64,000 nt of DNA. Source: Desulfobacteraceae bacterium UBA5616 (GTDB taxonomy: Bacteria > Desulfobacterota > Desulfobacteria > Desulfobacterales > UBA5616). The notes under the pieces were generated by a model that was not told the origin of the DNA, made no database searches, and saw only the letters and a program-made list of their open reading frames with translations. Where the stretch lies: assembly GCA_002423615.1 (NCBI GenBank), contig DIKO01000092.1, positions 33,367 through 97,366 on the forward strand, in the 5' to 3' direction. Position numbers and translations under genes: made by a program. Below are positions 38,862 through 49,092 of the stretch, piece after piece (position 1 is the first letter of the stretch; each line of letters begins with the position of its first letter).

Positions 38862-40082
38862 TCAAATAACCGCGGATTCTTTAAGCCGTTTAATATCATC
38901 CCGGCTGATTTTTAATTCTTCAAGATAGATCTGTTCATTATGCTCCCCCAAAGCGGGTGCAGGTCTATGAATCTGCCAGGGTGTTTTTGAAAACCGGTAT
39001 GGGGACGACGGAAATTTCGAAATATGGCCCAGTGCCGGGTGATCCATGGGAATAAAAAATTCCCGCGCGTTGAACTGGGGAGAGTTTACGATATCCTCCG
39101 CGGTATTGGTCGGGGCGATGGGAACACTCAAAGCCTGCCCCTTTCTGAAAATTTCCTCTTTTGTCTTGTCTTTTGCCCATTTCAGAATTTCGGTCTGAAT
39201 CCTTTCCACATTTTCCATCCGCTCAATTTTGTCCAGGCACCAGTCTTCCCTGGACCATGCCGGATCCCCCATCAATTTAAGAAAATTTTTCCACTGATGT
39301 TCCTCGGGCGTGATCAGAACCACATAGCCGTCTTTACAGGGGATCACCCCGCCCGGATTTTTATTTTGGACGGAACCCAGCCGGGTCATGTTTACACCGC
39401 TGTTGGGAAAACATACACTCTCCACCCTCTGCATGGACATCAGCGCTTCGAGTTTCGACATGCCGATATACTGCCCTTTTCCGGACAGAGTACGCCAGAA
39501 AAGAGCCGCCATAACGGCAATGGAGGCAACCAGCCCCGGATCGAAATTCCCGTTGTTCCCCCCGACCTTGACCGGCGGCCGGGTATCGTCCAGCGATACC
39601 AGCGGCAGCATATAGCCCTGCCCGCTCATCTGGGAAATATTCAACTGATAGGCCTTGTGATTTCTGTAGGGACCGGTTTGCCCGAAAGGGGTGATGGCGG
39701 CCATGATCAGACCCGGATGAATCTTCTTTAATTCATCATATCCCAGCCCCATTTTCTCCATTTCACCCGGTTGGTGATCTTCGATCAGGATATCAGCCCG
39801 TTGAACGAGTTTCCTGAAAATTTCCGCGCCTTGTTTTTTTTCGGGGTCAAGTGTAATCCCCAGCTTGTTGGTATTGATATAGATGAACAACCCGGATTTT
39901 TCAGGATCGGGCTGATCGTTTTGAAATGGGGGCTTTCTTCTTGCGCCGTCCCCGGTTCCCGGCGGTTCGATTTTGATGACTTCCGCACCCAGATCCGCCA
40001 TGAGTTTGGTGCAGTAAGCGCCGCTGACGGTGGTGCAGTATTCAAGGATTTTTACACCTTTAAGAGCTGTTGGAGGTTTCAT
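38862..40082 (-). CDS. Family III CoA-transferase, 406 aa (first of an adjacent pair in transcription order)
   Basis: VKILEYCTTVSGAYCTKLMADLGAEVIKIEPPGTGD, NFDPGLVASIAVMAALFWRTLSGKGQYIGMSKLEA. It lies 12 nt upstream of the next CoA-transferase. Confidence 0.85.
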   Translation of the reverse strand: MKPPTALKGVKILEYCTTVSGAYCTKLMADLGAEVIKIEPPGTGDGARRKPPFQNDQPDPEKSGLFIYINTNKLGITLDPEKKQGAEIFRKLVQRADILIEDHQPGEMEKMGLGYDELKKIHPGLIMAAITPFGQTGPYRNHKAYQLNISQMSGQGYMLPLVSLDDTRPPVKVGGNNGNFDPGLVASIAVMAALFWRTLSGKGQYIGMSKLEALMSMQRVESVCFPNSGVNMTRLGSVQNKNPGGVIPCKDGYVVLITPEEHQWKNFLKLMGDPAWSREDWCLDKIERMENVERIQTEILKWAKDKTKEEIFRKGQALSVPIAPTNTAEDIVNSPQFNAREFFIPMDHPALGHISKFPSSPYRFSKTPWQIHRPAPALGEHNEQIYLEELKISRDDIKRLKESAVI

Positions 40083-40185
40083 TGACTCACTTCTCCTATA
40101 TCCATGACAGATGAAGCGTCATTACGAGGTAAGATAAATACAAAAACCGAAAGAACCATCTATCATCAATCGGTGTTTTGAACGG

Positions 40186-41349
40186 TTAGGCTCTCATGGA
40201 AAGAAACAAGGGCTCATAGCGATCAAGCTCCATGGCAATGCGTTCCTTGTGCACACCGTTTGCGCCGCAATCGTTTTCATTGGCTTTGGACCTCAGCAAA
40301 TACAGGCTGATATCCATCTCTTCGGTCCATCCGATGGCGCCATGGATATACACTGCATCGTAGCAGACCCGGTGATAGACATTATTGGCCTTGACCTTGA
40401 CCATGGAGTTCAGCATCGTGTCCGGCTTTCCCTGGTCCATGTACCAGGCCGCTTCATAAACCAGGTTTTTCAGGCCATCGACCTCGGTCAGCATATTCAC
40501 CAGGCGGTGTTGAAGCGATTGAAAGGATCCGATGGGCTTGCCGAATTGATACCTTTCCTTGGCATAACGGGTGGCGATATCCAGAGCCGCCTGAACCCCG
40601 CCGGACATCTCGGCGGATTTTAATACCGCACCATACTGCAGAACATAATCCACGATCTGCCATCCTTTATCAATTTCACCGACGACATTTTCCTTGGATA
40701 CGCCGACATTGGCGAACCGCACTTCGCATTTCATATCCCTGGCGGCAGTGGGAATTTCTTCGATTTCGATTCCTTTTGATTTTGCATCCACCAGAAAAAG
40801 GGTGACGCCCTCTTCAGGGTTTTCGCTTTTTTTTGTCCGACCCGCCACCAGAAGATGGGTCGCGGAATTGGCATAGGGGACGAAAAGTTTAACGCCGTTC
40901 AGTACAAATCCGTCGCCCTGAGGGGTTGCGGCAAGCTGAATATCGGCTGCGCTGTAGTCCGCCTTTGCTTCGTTAACGGCATAGCTCGTAATTTCGCCTT
41001 TTTCCGCTATTTTTTTCAGAAGGTTTTTTTTCTGAACCGGGGTGCCGAATTTCTCAATGGCCGGTGCCGACTGACAGACCGTGGTAAAAAAAGGCCCGGG
41101 GACGATGTTTCGTCCTATTTCTTCCATCACGATCATCAGGTCCAGGAAACTGCCTTCGGCTCCGCTGTATTCCTCGGGGATGACCAGTCCCATGTAACCC
41201 AGATCCGCCAGTTTTTTCCACATTTTGGGATCATATCCCTTTTTATCGGTTTTCAGTTCCCTGATTTTCTCCTTGGGGCATTCTTTTTCAAAGAATTCCC
41301 TGATCGATTTTCTAATAAGTTCCTGATCTTTAGTAAGTCCGAAATCCAT
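40186..41349 (-). CDS. Acyl-CoA dehydrogenase family protein, second class
   Basis: MDFGLTKDQELIRKSIREFFEKE; FVLNGVKLFV; IHGAIGWTEEMD. The start was moved to the Met preceded by AAAGGAGAA, 16 codons inside the track ORF. Confidence 0.85.
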   Translation of the reverse strand: MDFGLTKDQELIRKSIREFFEKECPKEKIRELKTDKKGYDPKMWKKLADLGYMGLVIPEEYSGAEGSFLDLMIVMEEIGRNIVPGPFFTTVCQSAPAIEKFGTPVQKKNLLKKIAEKGEITSYAVNEAKADYSAADIQLAATPQGDGFVLNGVKLFVPYANSATHLLVAGRTKKSENPEEGVTLFLVDAKSKGIEIEEIPTAARDMKCEVRFANVGVSKENVVGEIDKGWQIVDYVLQYGAVLKSAEMSGGVQAALDIATRYAKERYQFGKPIGSFQSLQHRLVNMLTEVDGLKNLVYEAAWYMDQGKPDTMLNSMVKVKANNVYHRVCYDAVYIHGAIGWTEEMDISLYLLRSKANENDCGANGVHKERIAMELDRYEPLFLSMRA

Positions 41350-41479
41350 GGTTTTCTCCTTTATGCGTAAGGGGCGAGAAGCATTCCGATACGGCAATCA
41401 CATACCGGTTGCACGAGCCCTTGTTTTTTTGTATCGGAAGTTCCGATGTAAACGCAAACCCATTTTCAACCTGACCGTA

Positions 41480-42676
41480 TCAATAACCCCTTGGTAGCCC
41501 CAGACCGAACTGAGCCACAATGTTACGGTTGGTGTCCGTCGTGCCTGCGGCGGCCCACATTCCGGGTGTTGAAAAATAGATCCATTCCATCAGGCCTCTG
41601 AGGCGCTGAAGACCGGCATTTTTTTCCAACGGATCGACCTGGGCGAAAGCGCCGATGATTTCGGTTCCAATCTGCCCTACTTTTTCAAGAATCAGGTCGT
41701 TTAAGGCCTTGTCCCGGGAAGGTTCGTGAATGACCATTTCACCCTTCGCCACTTTCCATGCGGCTTCCATGGCGAGGATTCTTAAGGTTTTAATATCAAT
41801 GGCAAGGTCCACAAGCTTATGACGAATTTCCGGTTTGGCAAACGCGCCTGTTTCCTTGGCGTAATGAATCAATTCATCCAGCATCCTTCGGGTCATGGCG
41901 CTGCTGCTGATGGCGACCCCCCGTTCAAAGGCCAGGGCCTGCATTAACTGAGCCCACCCGTTGTTCTCCTTGCCGACCAGATTTTCAGCCGGAACATGGA
42001 CGTCTTTAAAAAAAAGCTCATTGAAAACATGGGCACCGATAATATTGGGAATGGGTCGTATGGTGACTCCGGGGCTTTGCAGGTCCACGATGATCAGGCT
42101 GATACCGTCATGTTTGCGTTTGGCATTGGGATCCGTCCGGCAAGCCAGCCAGCACCATCTTGCCCGGTGCCCGGCACTGTTCCAGACTTTCTGGCCGTTG
42201 ATGATATATTCATCTCCGACCCGTTTGGCGGAACATTGAAGGCTGGCCAGATCGCTGCCGGAATCCGGTTCGCTGTACCCCGTACACCAAACCCCGTCAT
42301 CTTCTCCGGAAGCGATCTTGGGCAGGTATTTTTTCTTCTGCTCCTCAGTACCGAAAAGCATCAGGGAAGGTCCTACCCAGGCGGTACCGCTCACGCCCAT
42401 TCCCATTCCCGGAATACCCCAGTACCCGGATTCTTCGCCCATGACGACACGTTCCCATACCGAGGCCCCCATGCCGCAATGCTCCTTGGGCCATGACATG
42501 GTCAACCATCCGATATCGGACAGCTTTTTGGCCGTTTCCATGGCAAACGCCCAGTCTTCATCGTAGTGTTCATCCACGAACAATCCCATCTTGATGTCGG
42601 TGGGGATGTTGTCCTTGACGAATTCCCTGATTTTTTTCCTCAGCTCTTCCGCTTTATCATCGAATTTAAAATCCAT
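41480..42676 (-). CDS. Acyl-CoA dehydrogenase family protein, class ending ...AAAGTTDTNRNIVAQFGLGLPRGY
   Basis: 398 aa. TGYSEPDSGSDLASLQC.A...GDEYIINGQKVWNS. It has the same architecture and C-terminal GLGLPR tail as the 32920-34119 product. Confidence 0.85.
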   Translation of the reverse strand: MDFKFDDKAEELRKKIREFVKDNIPTDIKMGLFVDEHYDEDWAFAMETAKKLSDIGWLTMSWPKEHCGMGASVWERVVMGEESGYWGIPGMGMGVSGTAWVGPSLMLFGTEEQKKKYLPKIASGEDDGVWCTGYSEPDSGSDLASLQCSAKRVGDEYIINGQKVWNSAGHRARWCWLACRTDPNAKRKHDGISLIIVDLQSPGVTIRPIPNIIGAHVFNELFFKDVHVPAENLVGKENNGWAQLMQALAFERGVAISSSAMTRRMLDELIHYAKETGAFAKPEIRHKLVDLAIDIKTLRILAMEAAWKVAKGEMVIHEPSRDKALNDLILEKVGQIGTEIIGAFAQVDPLEKNAGLQRLRGLMEWIYFSTPGMWAAAGTTDTNRNIVAQFGLGLPRGY

Positions 42677-42770
42677 GCACCTATAACCTCCTCTGTCCTG
42701 GAAAAATGTTATGTTTAGTCCAACCTAAGTTCGGGGTTTTCATCTGAAGGTATCCAATATTTGCTGGAGA

Positions 42771-42799
42771 AATATTGAACAATCGCTCAGGGTTGTCAA
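42771..42799 (-). promoter_or_regulatory. Sigma70-like promoter of the ACAD-ACAD-CoAT-CoAT-MBL operon with an overlapping inverted repeat
   Basis: Minus strand: TTGACA (42799-42794), 17 nt, AATATT (42776-42771). The inverted repeat CAATATTT-N7-AAATATTG (42755-42762 / 42770-42777) overlaps the -10 element. Confidence 0.5.
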
Positions 42800-43035
42800 G
42801 ATGTTTTTTAGTTCTTTCTTGATCGGCATCAATGGGGATTTCGGGTGTCTTTTTTTCGGGCCTCGAGGTTTTTCTTCATGCCTCATAAAATTTAAAGAAG
42901 CGAAGAAATCCCCTTCGCAGGATTTCCACTACAGCCCAATATTAAGACTTGACATAATTGAAAATAAAATTAAGGTTCGTTACACATAATTTAACTCCAC
43001 CCCTACGTTTACCCCAAAAGGAGTCCCATGTGAGC

Positions 43036-44148
43036 ATGCGTTATCTGGCGACAGCCTTCTTAATAAGCATTTCCTGCCTGGCCTGCCTGGATAAAGAAAG
43101 CGATAACAAGGCTGGAAAAACGAAAACCGTTCGAATTCTCGAACACGCTCCAGCGGAGGTTGTGGTTTCCGAGGTTAAAACCGGACCCATCTACAAGATC
43201 TATACCTCGGTTGGAAACGTCACTCCGAAAGATACATCGAGGATCTTTCCCAAAGTGGGGGGAAAAATATCCGAGGTTTTCGTTGAAGAAGGCGATCTTG
43301 TCAAAAAAGGACAATTGCTGCTTCAGATCGACACCTTTGATTATACACGGGTTGTCGAGAATGCGACAGCGGTCATGAACCAGGCCGGATCCAATCTGGA
43401 TAAAGCGAACCGGGACTATGACCGGATTGAAAAACTCTATTCGGACAAGGCCGTCTCAAAACAACAGCTGCAGGACATGAAAACCGCCCTGGATCTGGCC
43501 CGCTTCGCCTATGATCAGGCCCTGACCGCCCTAAAAAAGGCCAATGACGATCTTAAAGAATGCGGCGTGAGAGCCCCTATCGACGGCATGGTGACCACCA
43601 AGATGGTGAATCCGGGAGAACTCACCAGCCCCCAGGCAATGGTATTTGTCATCATGCAAATGGGAACCGTTGAAATCGAAGTCAATCTTCCTGAAGAAGC
43701 CTTCGGTTATGTCAGAGAGGGTGAAAATGCCTTTGCATCCTTCGACGCCATACCGGATACCGCCATGAAGGGCGTCATCACAAAAATGTACCCCACCATT
43801 GATCCCTTGAGCAGAACCATTAAAATCGTCATTACTGTGGACAATCCGAACCTCGAAATACGGTCCGGCATGACGGCTAGGACAAAAATAATTGAAATTG
43901 CAAGGGAAAATTCAATTTTTGCCCCCAAGGCGGCATTGATACCCGTTGAAGACCAATATATTTGCTATCGCATTAATTCTGGAAAAGTGGAAAAAACAAC
44001 TGTGGATGTGGGCATAATCGGAGATGAGGTTTTTGAAGTCAAAAAAGGCCTTGCCCTCGGCGATAAGGTCGTGGTGCAAGGCGTCACCGGTTTGAGGGAC
44101 GGCATGAGCGTCAAGGTGGTTCCCCTGAATCCTAAAGGCAACCCATAG
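43036..44148 (+). CDS. RND efflux periplasmic adaptor (membrane fusion protein), lipoprotein-type
   Basis: MRYLATAFLISISCLAC lipobox-like N-terminus and a biotinyl-lipoyl-like hairpin (GGKISEVFVEEGDLVKKGQLLLQID ... VRAPIDGMVT). AAAGGAG lies upstream. Confidence 0.85.
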   Translation: MRYLATAFLISISCLACLDKESDNKAGKTKTVRILEHAPAEVVVSEVKTGPIYKIYTSVGNVTPKDTSRIFPKVGGKISEVFVEEGDLVKKGQLLLQIDTFDYTRVVENATAVMNQAGSNLDKANRDYDRIEKLYSDKAVSKQQLQDMKTALDLARFAYDQALTALKKANDDLKECGVRAPIDGMVTTKMVNPGELTSPQAMVFVIMQMGTVEIEVNLPEEAFGYVREGENAFASFDAIPDTAMKGVITKMYPTIDPLSRTIKIVITVDNPNLEIRSGMTARTKIIEIARENSIFAPKAALIPVEDQYICYRINSGKVEKTTVDVGIIGDEVFEVKKGLALGDKVVVQGVTGLRDGMSVKVVPLNPKGNP

Positions 44149-44158
44149 AGGAATACCC

Positions 44159-47100
44159 ATGTCCATACCGGAATTTTCAGTAAATCGCCGGATTACGGTC
44201 ACCATGCTGATCATGATCATCACCCTTTTCGGGTTCCTGTCTTTTACCAACCTCGGCCTGGACATGCTTCCCGAGCTCGAGTTTCCCTTCGTTTCCGTTG
44301 TAACCGGGTATGAGGGGGTCGCTTCCGAGGAAATAGAAACGCTGATCACCAAGCCCATTGAAGAATCCGTCGGCATGGTAAAAGGCATCAAAAATATCAA
44401 TTCCGTATCTTCTGAAGGACTTTCAGGCGTATACATCGAATTTGAATGGGGAACCGATCTGGATGTCGCCGCACAGGATGTCAGGGATTCGTTAAGCTGG
44501 GTCGTTGATTTTCTACCCGAAGATGCCGACACCTCCATGGTATTGAAATTCAATTCTGCCAGCATGCCCGTCATCGAGTACGGGGTCACCGGCATCGACG
44601 ATACCATCCGGATGCGGGAATACCTCGATAAAACCGTCAAACCCCGGCTGGAAAGGCTCAATGGCGTTGCCGCCGCCTTTATCTTCGGGGGAAAGGAACG
44701 TGAAATTCAGGTACTGGCCGATCCCGACAAACTAAAGGCCACCGGCCTTTCCCTCAATGACGTCGCCCTGGCCGTTCAGGCAGGAAACCTCAATGTCTCC
44801 GGCGGCCATGTGGAAACCCTGAAAAAAGAATATCTCGTCAGGACACAAGGGTATTTCGAAGACATCAAACAAATTGAAAACAGCGTCGTAACGGTGACGG
44901 ACAAGGGAAAGACCGTTTACGTCAGGGATGTGGCGATTGTTCAGGATACGTACAAGGAAAAAAGAGGGTTTGAAAATACGAACGGCAGTCCTTCGGTCTT
45001 GATCGATATCTTCAAGCAATCGGGATTCAATACGCTTGAAGCGGTCAATAACGTCAAGGCCGAGCTGAAAAAATTGGAAAAAGATCTCCCGAAAGAACTG
45101 GAATTTCATTTGACATTCGATCAGGGAGATTTTATCGAACGTTCCATCTCGTCAACGGGAAATTCAGCCCTGCAGGGAGGGCTGATCGCCGTTGCCGTGG
45201 TATTTGTATTCCTCAGAGCCATCCGTCCGACCCTCGTCATTGGTCTTGCGATTCCCCTCTCCATCATAACCACCTTTATCGGGATGAAGGCATTCGATTA
45301 TACATTCAATATCATGACACTCGGGGGCATTGCACTGGGGGTCGGCATGCTGGTGGACAACGCCGTGGTGGTCATTGAAAATACCTTCCGGCATCTTGAA
45401 AAAGGCGACCACAGGGAAAAGGCCGCAGTCCTGGGTACAAATGAGGTGGGGCTTGCCATCACCGCCAGCACGTTGACAACCATGGCGGTATTTGTGCCGT
45501 TGAGCCTGTCCCAGAGCATCGCCGGGAAATTAGCGCGTCCGCTGTCCCTCACGGTCTGTATCTCCCTGCTGGCCTCTCTTTTTGTGGCGATCACCATCAT
45601 TCCGGCGATTTCCGCCACTATTTTTAAAAAAGACAAGTCCTTTTACGCGAACATTCAGGGAAAGGGATGGGTCAGCTACGTCGAAAAGGGATATGCCGGG
45701 TTGTTAACCCGATGCATTAAAATTCGCTGGATCGTCCTGCCGGCGGCTTTTGGAGCCCTTGCGGTGAGCATTTTTTTAACCCCTTTTCTCGGCACCGAGT
45801 TCATGCCCCGTGAGGACGTATCCATCGGCAGACTCAACATCACGCTGCCCGAAGGCGCCGTTCTTGCCGAAACAATTCATATCAGTCAACAGATTGAAAG
45901 ACTCTTCCGGGATGAAAAGGATATTGAAACCTGTTTAAGCTTCGGCGGTATCACTGCCGGGGCCAAATTCCAGGCCGCCATGGGAGACAGGCTGGATGCG
46001 GTAAACAATGCCACTGTATTCGCCCGGTTTAAGGAACGGGAGTTCAGGGAAAGCTCAACGGATGAAATATTGAATAGAATAAGGGAAAAGCTTCCAGATC
46101 TGAAGGGCGTGGAGTATAATTTTGTCGACATGGCCGGGATGTTTTTCGGGACCGGAGAATCTCCCGTGGAAATCAATCTCTATGGACCGGACCTTGTCGT
46201 GCTGGATCAAATCAGTTCTCAAATAATGGATAAAATATCGAAAATCTAAGGATTGAAAGATATTGAAAAATCACTGAAAAAACGGCAGCCGGAGGTTCAT
46301 ATCGTTGTTGACCGTGAAAAAGCGGCCAAATTGGGATTGACCGTTTATCAAATTGCATCAACCGTAGAAACCGCAGTCCTGGGTAAAGTGATCAGCAGGT
46401 ACCATGAAGGCGGAGATGAATACGATATCCGGGTACGCCTGCAGGCGCCTTATCGCAGGAGCTTTGACAATATCATGAATCTGACGGTTCGATCTCCACT
46501 GGGATTCACCCTTCCCCTTTATCAGGTCACGCGCATGGATAAGGAATTCGGTCCAACGGCCATTAAGAGAAAAAATCAGGATCGTCTCGTTTCCATCACC
46601 GGAAACAATTTTCATCGGGATCTGGGAACTATTGTGAAGGAAATCCAGTCCGCCATCGACGAAATAGAGATGCCTGAAAGATATTCATGCGAAATCGGAG
46701 GCACTTATGAGGACATGCAAACTTCTTTTCAGGATCTCAGCAAGGCTTTCATCGTTGCCGTTATCCTGATTTACATGATTATGGCAGCCCAATTTGAATC
46801 TTTGGCCCAGCCCCTCATTGTTATGTTTACCATTCCCCTATCTTACATCGGCGTGATCCTCGGTCTGGGAATCACGGGGAAAACCCTTTCAGTACCGTCC
46901 TTCATGGGTCTGATTATTTTAATGGGCATCGTGGTGAACAACGGAATCGTCATGATTGACTACATCAACCGCCTGAGGAAAGGCGGCATGATAAAAATCG
47001 ACGCCATCGTTCAGGGGGCATCTGTCCGGTTGCGCCCCATCCTGATCACATCCATTACGACCATATGCGGTGTTCTACCCATGGCATTTTCCACAGGAGA

Positions 47101-47269
47101 TGGTTCCGCCATGAGATCGCCGCTGGCTGTTGCCGTGGGATTCCGACTTGCGGTCTCCACGGTCCTGACCCTTTTTGTGGTGCCTTCCGCTTATTTTATC
47201 GTGGATACCCTTTCTTCGAAGATTCGTCGAAAGGCGGATAAGCTTGTTATCGGAGCCGAAGAGAGTTGA
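44159..47269 (+). pseudogene. RND (AcrB/HAE-type) efflux permease interrupted by one in-frame TAA at 46247-46249
   Basis: The track ORFs 44159-46249 (696 aa) and 46253-47269 (338 aa, TTG start) are in the same frame (both coordinates are 2 mod 3). Together they make one ~1036-codon AcrB-like protein (...IMDKISKI*GLKDIEKSLKK...). Confidence 0.8.
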
Positions 47270-47291
47270 TACAGCCTTTTAAGTTCAGCAC

Positions 47292-47338
47292 TTAAACGGA
47301 AAAGGGCTTCCGCACTGCGAAAGCCCTTTTCCGTTTAA
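47292..47338. terminator. Strong bidirectional terminator between the RND gene and a convergent secreted-protein gene
   Basis: Perfect 18-bp stem TTAAACGGAAAAGGGCTT / AAGCCCTTTTCCGTTTAA with an 11-nt loop. Confidence 0.8.
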
Positions 47339-47357
47339 AGATTTTCAATAACCATCG

Positions 47358-47789
47358 TTATTCGACGATAATTTTACCTTTTGCCTTAATACCGCTTTTG
47401 GTATAGACAGTATATTCATAAACGCCATGATCCGTAAACTGCAGGCTGGAGGTTGATGCAAACGGAACAAAACTCGTTACATAGCACCATCTCTCCTGAT
47501 CCAGCTCAAAATCCTCGTTATGGGCGATTACGCTCTTGCATTTTTTTCCATCGGCGAATTCGATCTTAACTTCATTATCGACAACGCCGCTCAGCCAGAC
47601 GACTATGGTGTCCTTTTTAACATAGGCGTCTGCCGGGTCAATAAATATGCCGGTAAGCGCTTCTTCACCGACGGAGTGAAGTTTGATGAGTTTTGCATCC
47701 TGCGCCAAGGCGACTCCCTGAATTCCCATGATCAACGCGAGAGCAAATACCAAGGCAATTCCAGTGAAAAAAACTTTACCTTTGTTCAT
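47358..47789 (-). CDS. Small secreted protein of unknown function
   Basis: 143 aa. MNKGKVFFTGIALVFALALIMGIQGVALA|QD is a signal peptide (AxA site), followed by a predicted beta-rich body. GGAGGG lies upstream. No family recognised. Confidence 0.55.
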   Translation of the reverse strand: MNKGKVFFTGIALVFALALIMGIQGVALAQDAKLIKLHSVGEEALTGIFIDPADAYVKKDTIVVWLSGVVDNEVKIEFADGKKCKSVIAHNEDFELDQERWCYVTSFVPFASTSSLQFTDHGVYEYTVYTKSGIKAKGKIIVE

Positions 47790-48023
47790 GACCGTACCCT
47801 CCTTATTCGTTTTTTAGGTTCAAAACTCGATTCACAACCCCTACATCGCCAAGTGAAACAAGGTTTTACGGTACTATTCATCAAACCATCAAAGCGCGAT
47901 TAAATTCTTAGTGATAAATATAAAGCTTGCCAGGGATTAAGTCAAACGAAATGCTGTCTTTCCTTTCCGCCGGCAAGATCCCCGGGTTCAATTGAACCCT
48001 TTGACGAGGGTGGTGGGTATCGT

Positions 48024-49064
48024 CTATGAAAACGTTTCCCCAACAGGTTTCCCATCGACGATCTGGTCCAGGAATTCCGACATGCCGTAACCTACGAGGC
48101 CATCGCATTTGTATTGGGTCATGGCTTCGGTGATTCTCGTGTTCATCCACTGCCCATCCGGATTCTGACGCCTGTTCCGGAGAGGTATCAACGACAGGAC
48201 CTTTCCGTCAATATGATACTCCCTTTCATCGGTTTTCGCCCAGACTTTAAATTCCGTCTGATAGTCTTTTTCATCGTACTGGGATTTTACGGACGCTTCC
48301 TTGATGTTTAAATATTCGTTGTCCCTGAGAACCATACCGCCGACCCGTTGTTCACCACTGGCCATGGTGATGATGGAGACCATCATGGCAAAGTCCTTTG
48401 AGAAATTCATGGGGAGCCAGCGGTACCAGTAAATGTTCTGCCAGAAGCGGGGACCCCAGGAATGATCCCGAAGGCCGTATCCATCGATGATGTCGAATGT
48501 TTCATCCCCGATACGGAATTTACCCTTTCCCGTCAGGTGCTGTTCATAATGCCCTCTGGCAAAGGCCTCTTCGGCTTTTTCCTGGATCCGGCTGCCGTCT
48601 ACATTCACCGGTTCACCGCCATACATGGGCGAAGCGCCCGTATAGTCGATATCAACCTCGCATTGGACCATGGGGTTTTCGGTAAAAGCCTTTTTAGGGT
48701 CCGCCATGTCATGCGGGTTTTTCATTAAGCACAATTTTCCCTGGTAGGTGACTTTCAGATGTTTGAAGGGCTCTATCACCTCGAATTTCATGCCGCCGGC
48801 ATCAAGGGCGTGGTTATTCGAAATTTCGGGCTTTTTGTACATAAATCCCACCCTTCCATCCGGCAGGTAGAGGCAGCAGGACATTTCGGCGTATTTCTCA
48901 TTTGCGCGATTACCGACCCTGAACCATCCACCAAAAGGTTTTGTGGATGGAACAAAAATATTGGAATACATGCTTTCATTGAAATTGACCGCTTCTTCCA
49001 GAGGATGCATGTATTCATCCTGGGGTTCCAGACGTATTCTGATCCCTTTTTTTCCCGTATCCAT
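48024..49064 (-). CDS. Conserved hypothetical protein; possibly an AttH/CrtC-like beta-barrel (hydratase-like) domain
   Basis: 346 aa, last gene of the ACAD-TetR operon. The only motif I half-recognise is GYGLRDHSWGPRFW, reminiscent of the D..WG..W block of the AttH/CrtC lipocalin-like family. This assignment is weak. Confidence 0.4.
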   Translation of the reverse strand: MDTGKKGIRIRLEPQDEYMHPLEEAVNFNESMYSNIFVPSTKPFGGWFRVGNRANEKYAEMSCCLYLPDGRVGFMYKKPEISNNHALDAGGMKFEVIEPFKHLKVTYQGKLCLMKNPHDMADPKKAFTENPMVQCEVDIDYTGASPMYGGEPVNVDGSRIQEKAEEAFARGHYEQHLTGKGKFRIGDETFDIIDGYGLRDHSWGPRFWQNIYWYRWLPMNFSKDFAMMVSIITMASGEQRVGGMVLRDNEYLNIKEASVKSQYDEKDYQTEFKVWAKTDEREYHIDGKVLSLIPLRNRRQNPDGQWMNTRITEAMTQYKCDGLVGYGMSEFLDQIVDGKPVGETFS

Positions 49065-49092
49065 TTTGATCTCCTTTATTCTACGGTAAATT

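Noticed and set aside
42794-42799. Recurring TGTCAAG heptamer in several intergenic regions (42793, 51977, 58273, 36500; CTTGACA at 3988), considered as a shared regulatory motif
   Set aside because: It is the reverse complement of C-TTGACA. In most cases it is simply a consensus sigma70 -35 box for the adjacent gene on the other strand, with a plausible -10 element 17 nt away. The 36500 copy has no usable -10 and is probably chance.
46247-46249. In-frame stop in the RND gene as a recoding event (selenocysteine or pyrrolysine)
   Set aside because: The codon is TAA, not TGA or TAG. No SECIS-like hairpin is needed or expected, so a nonsense mutation or sequencing error is the simpler explanation.
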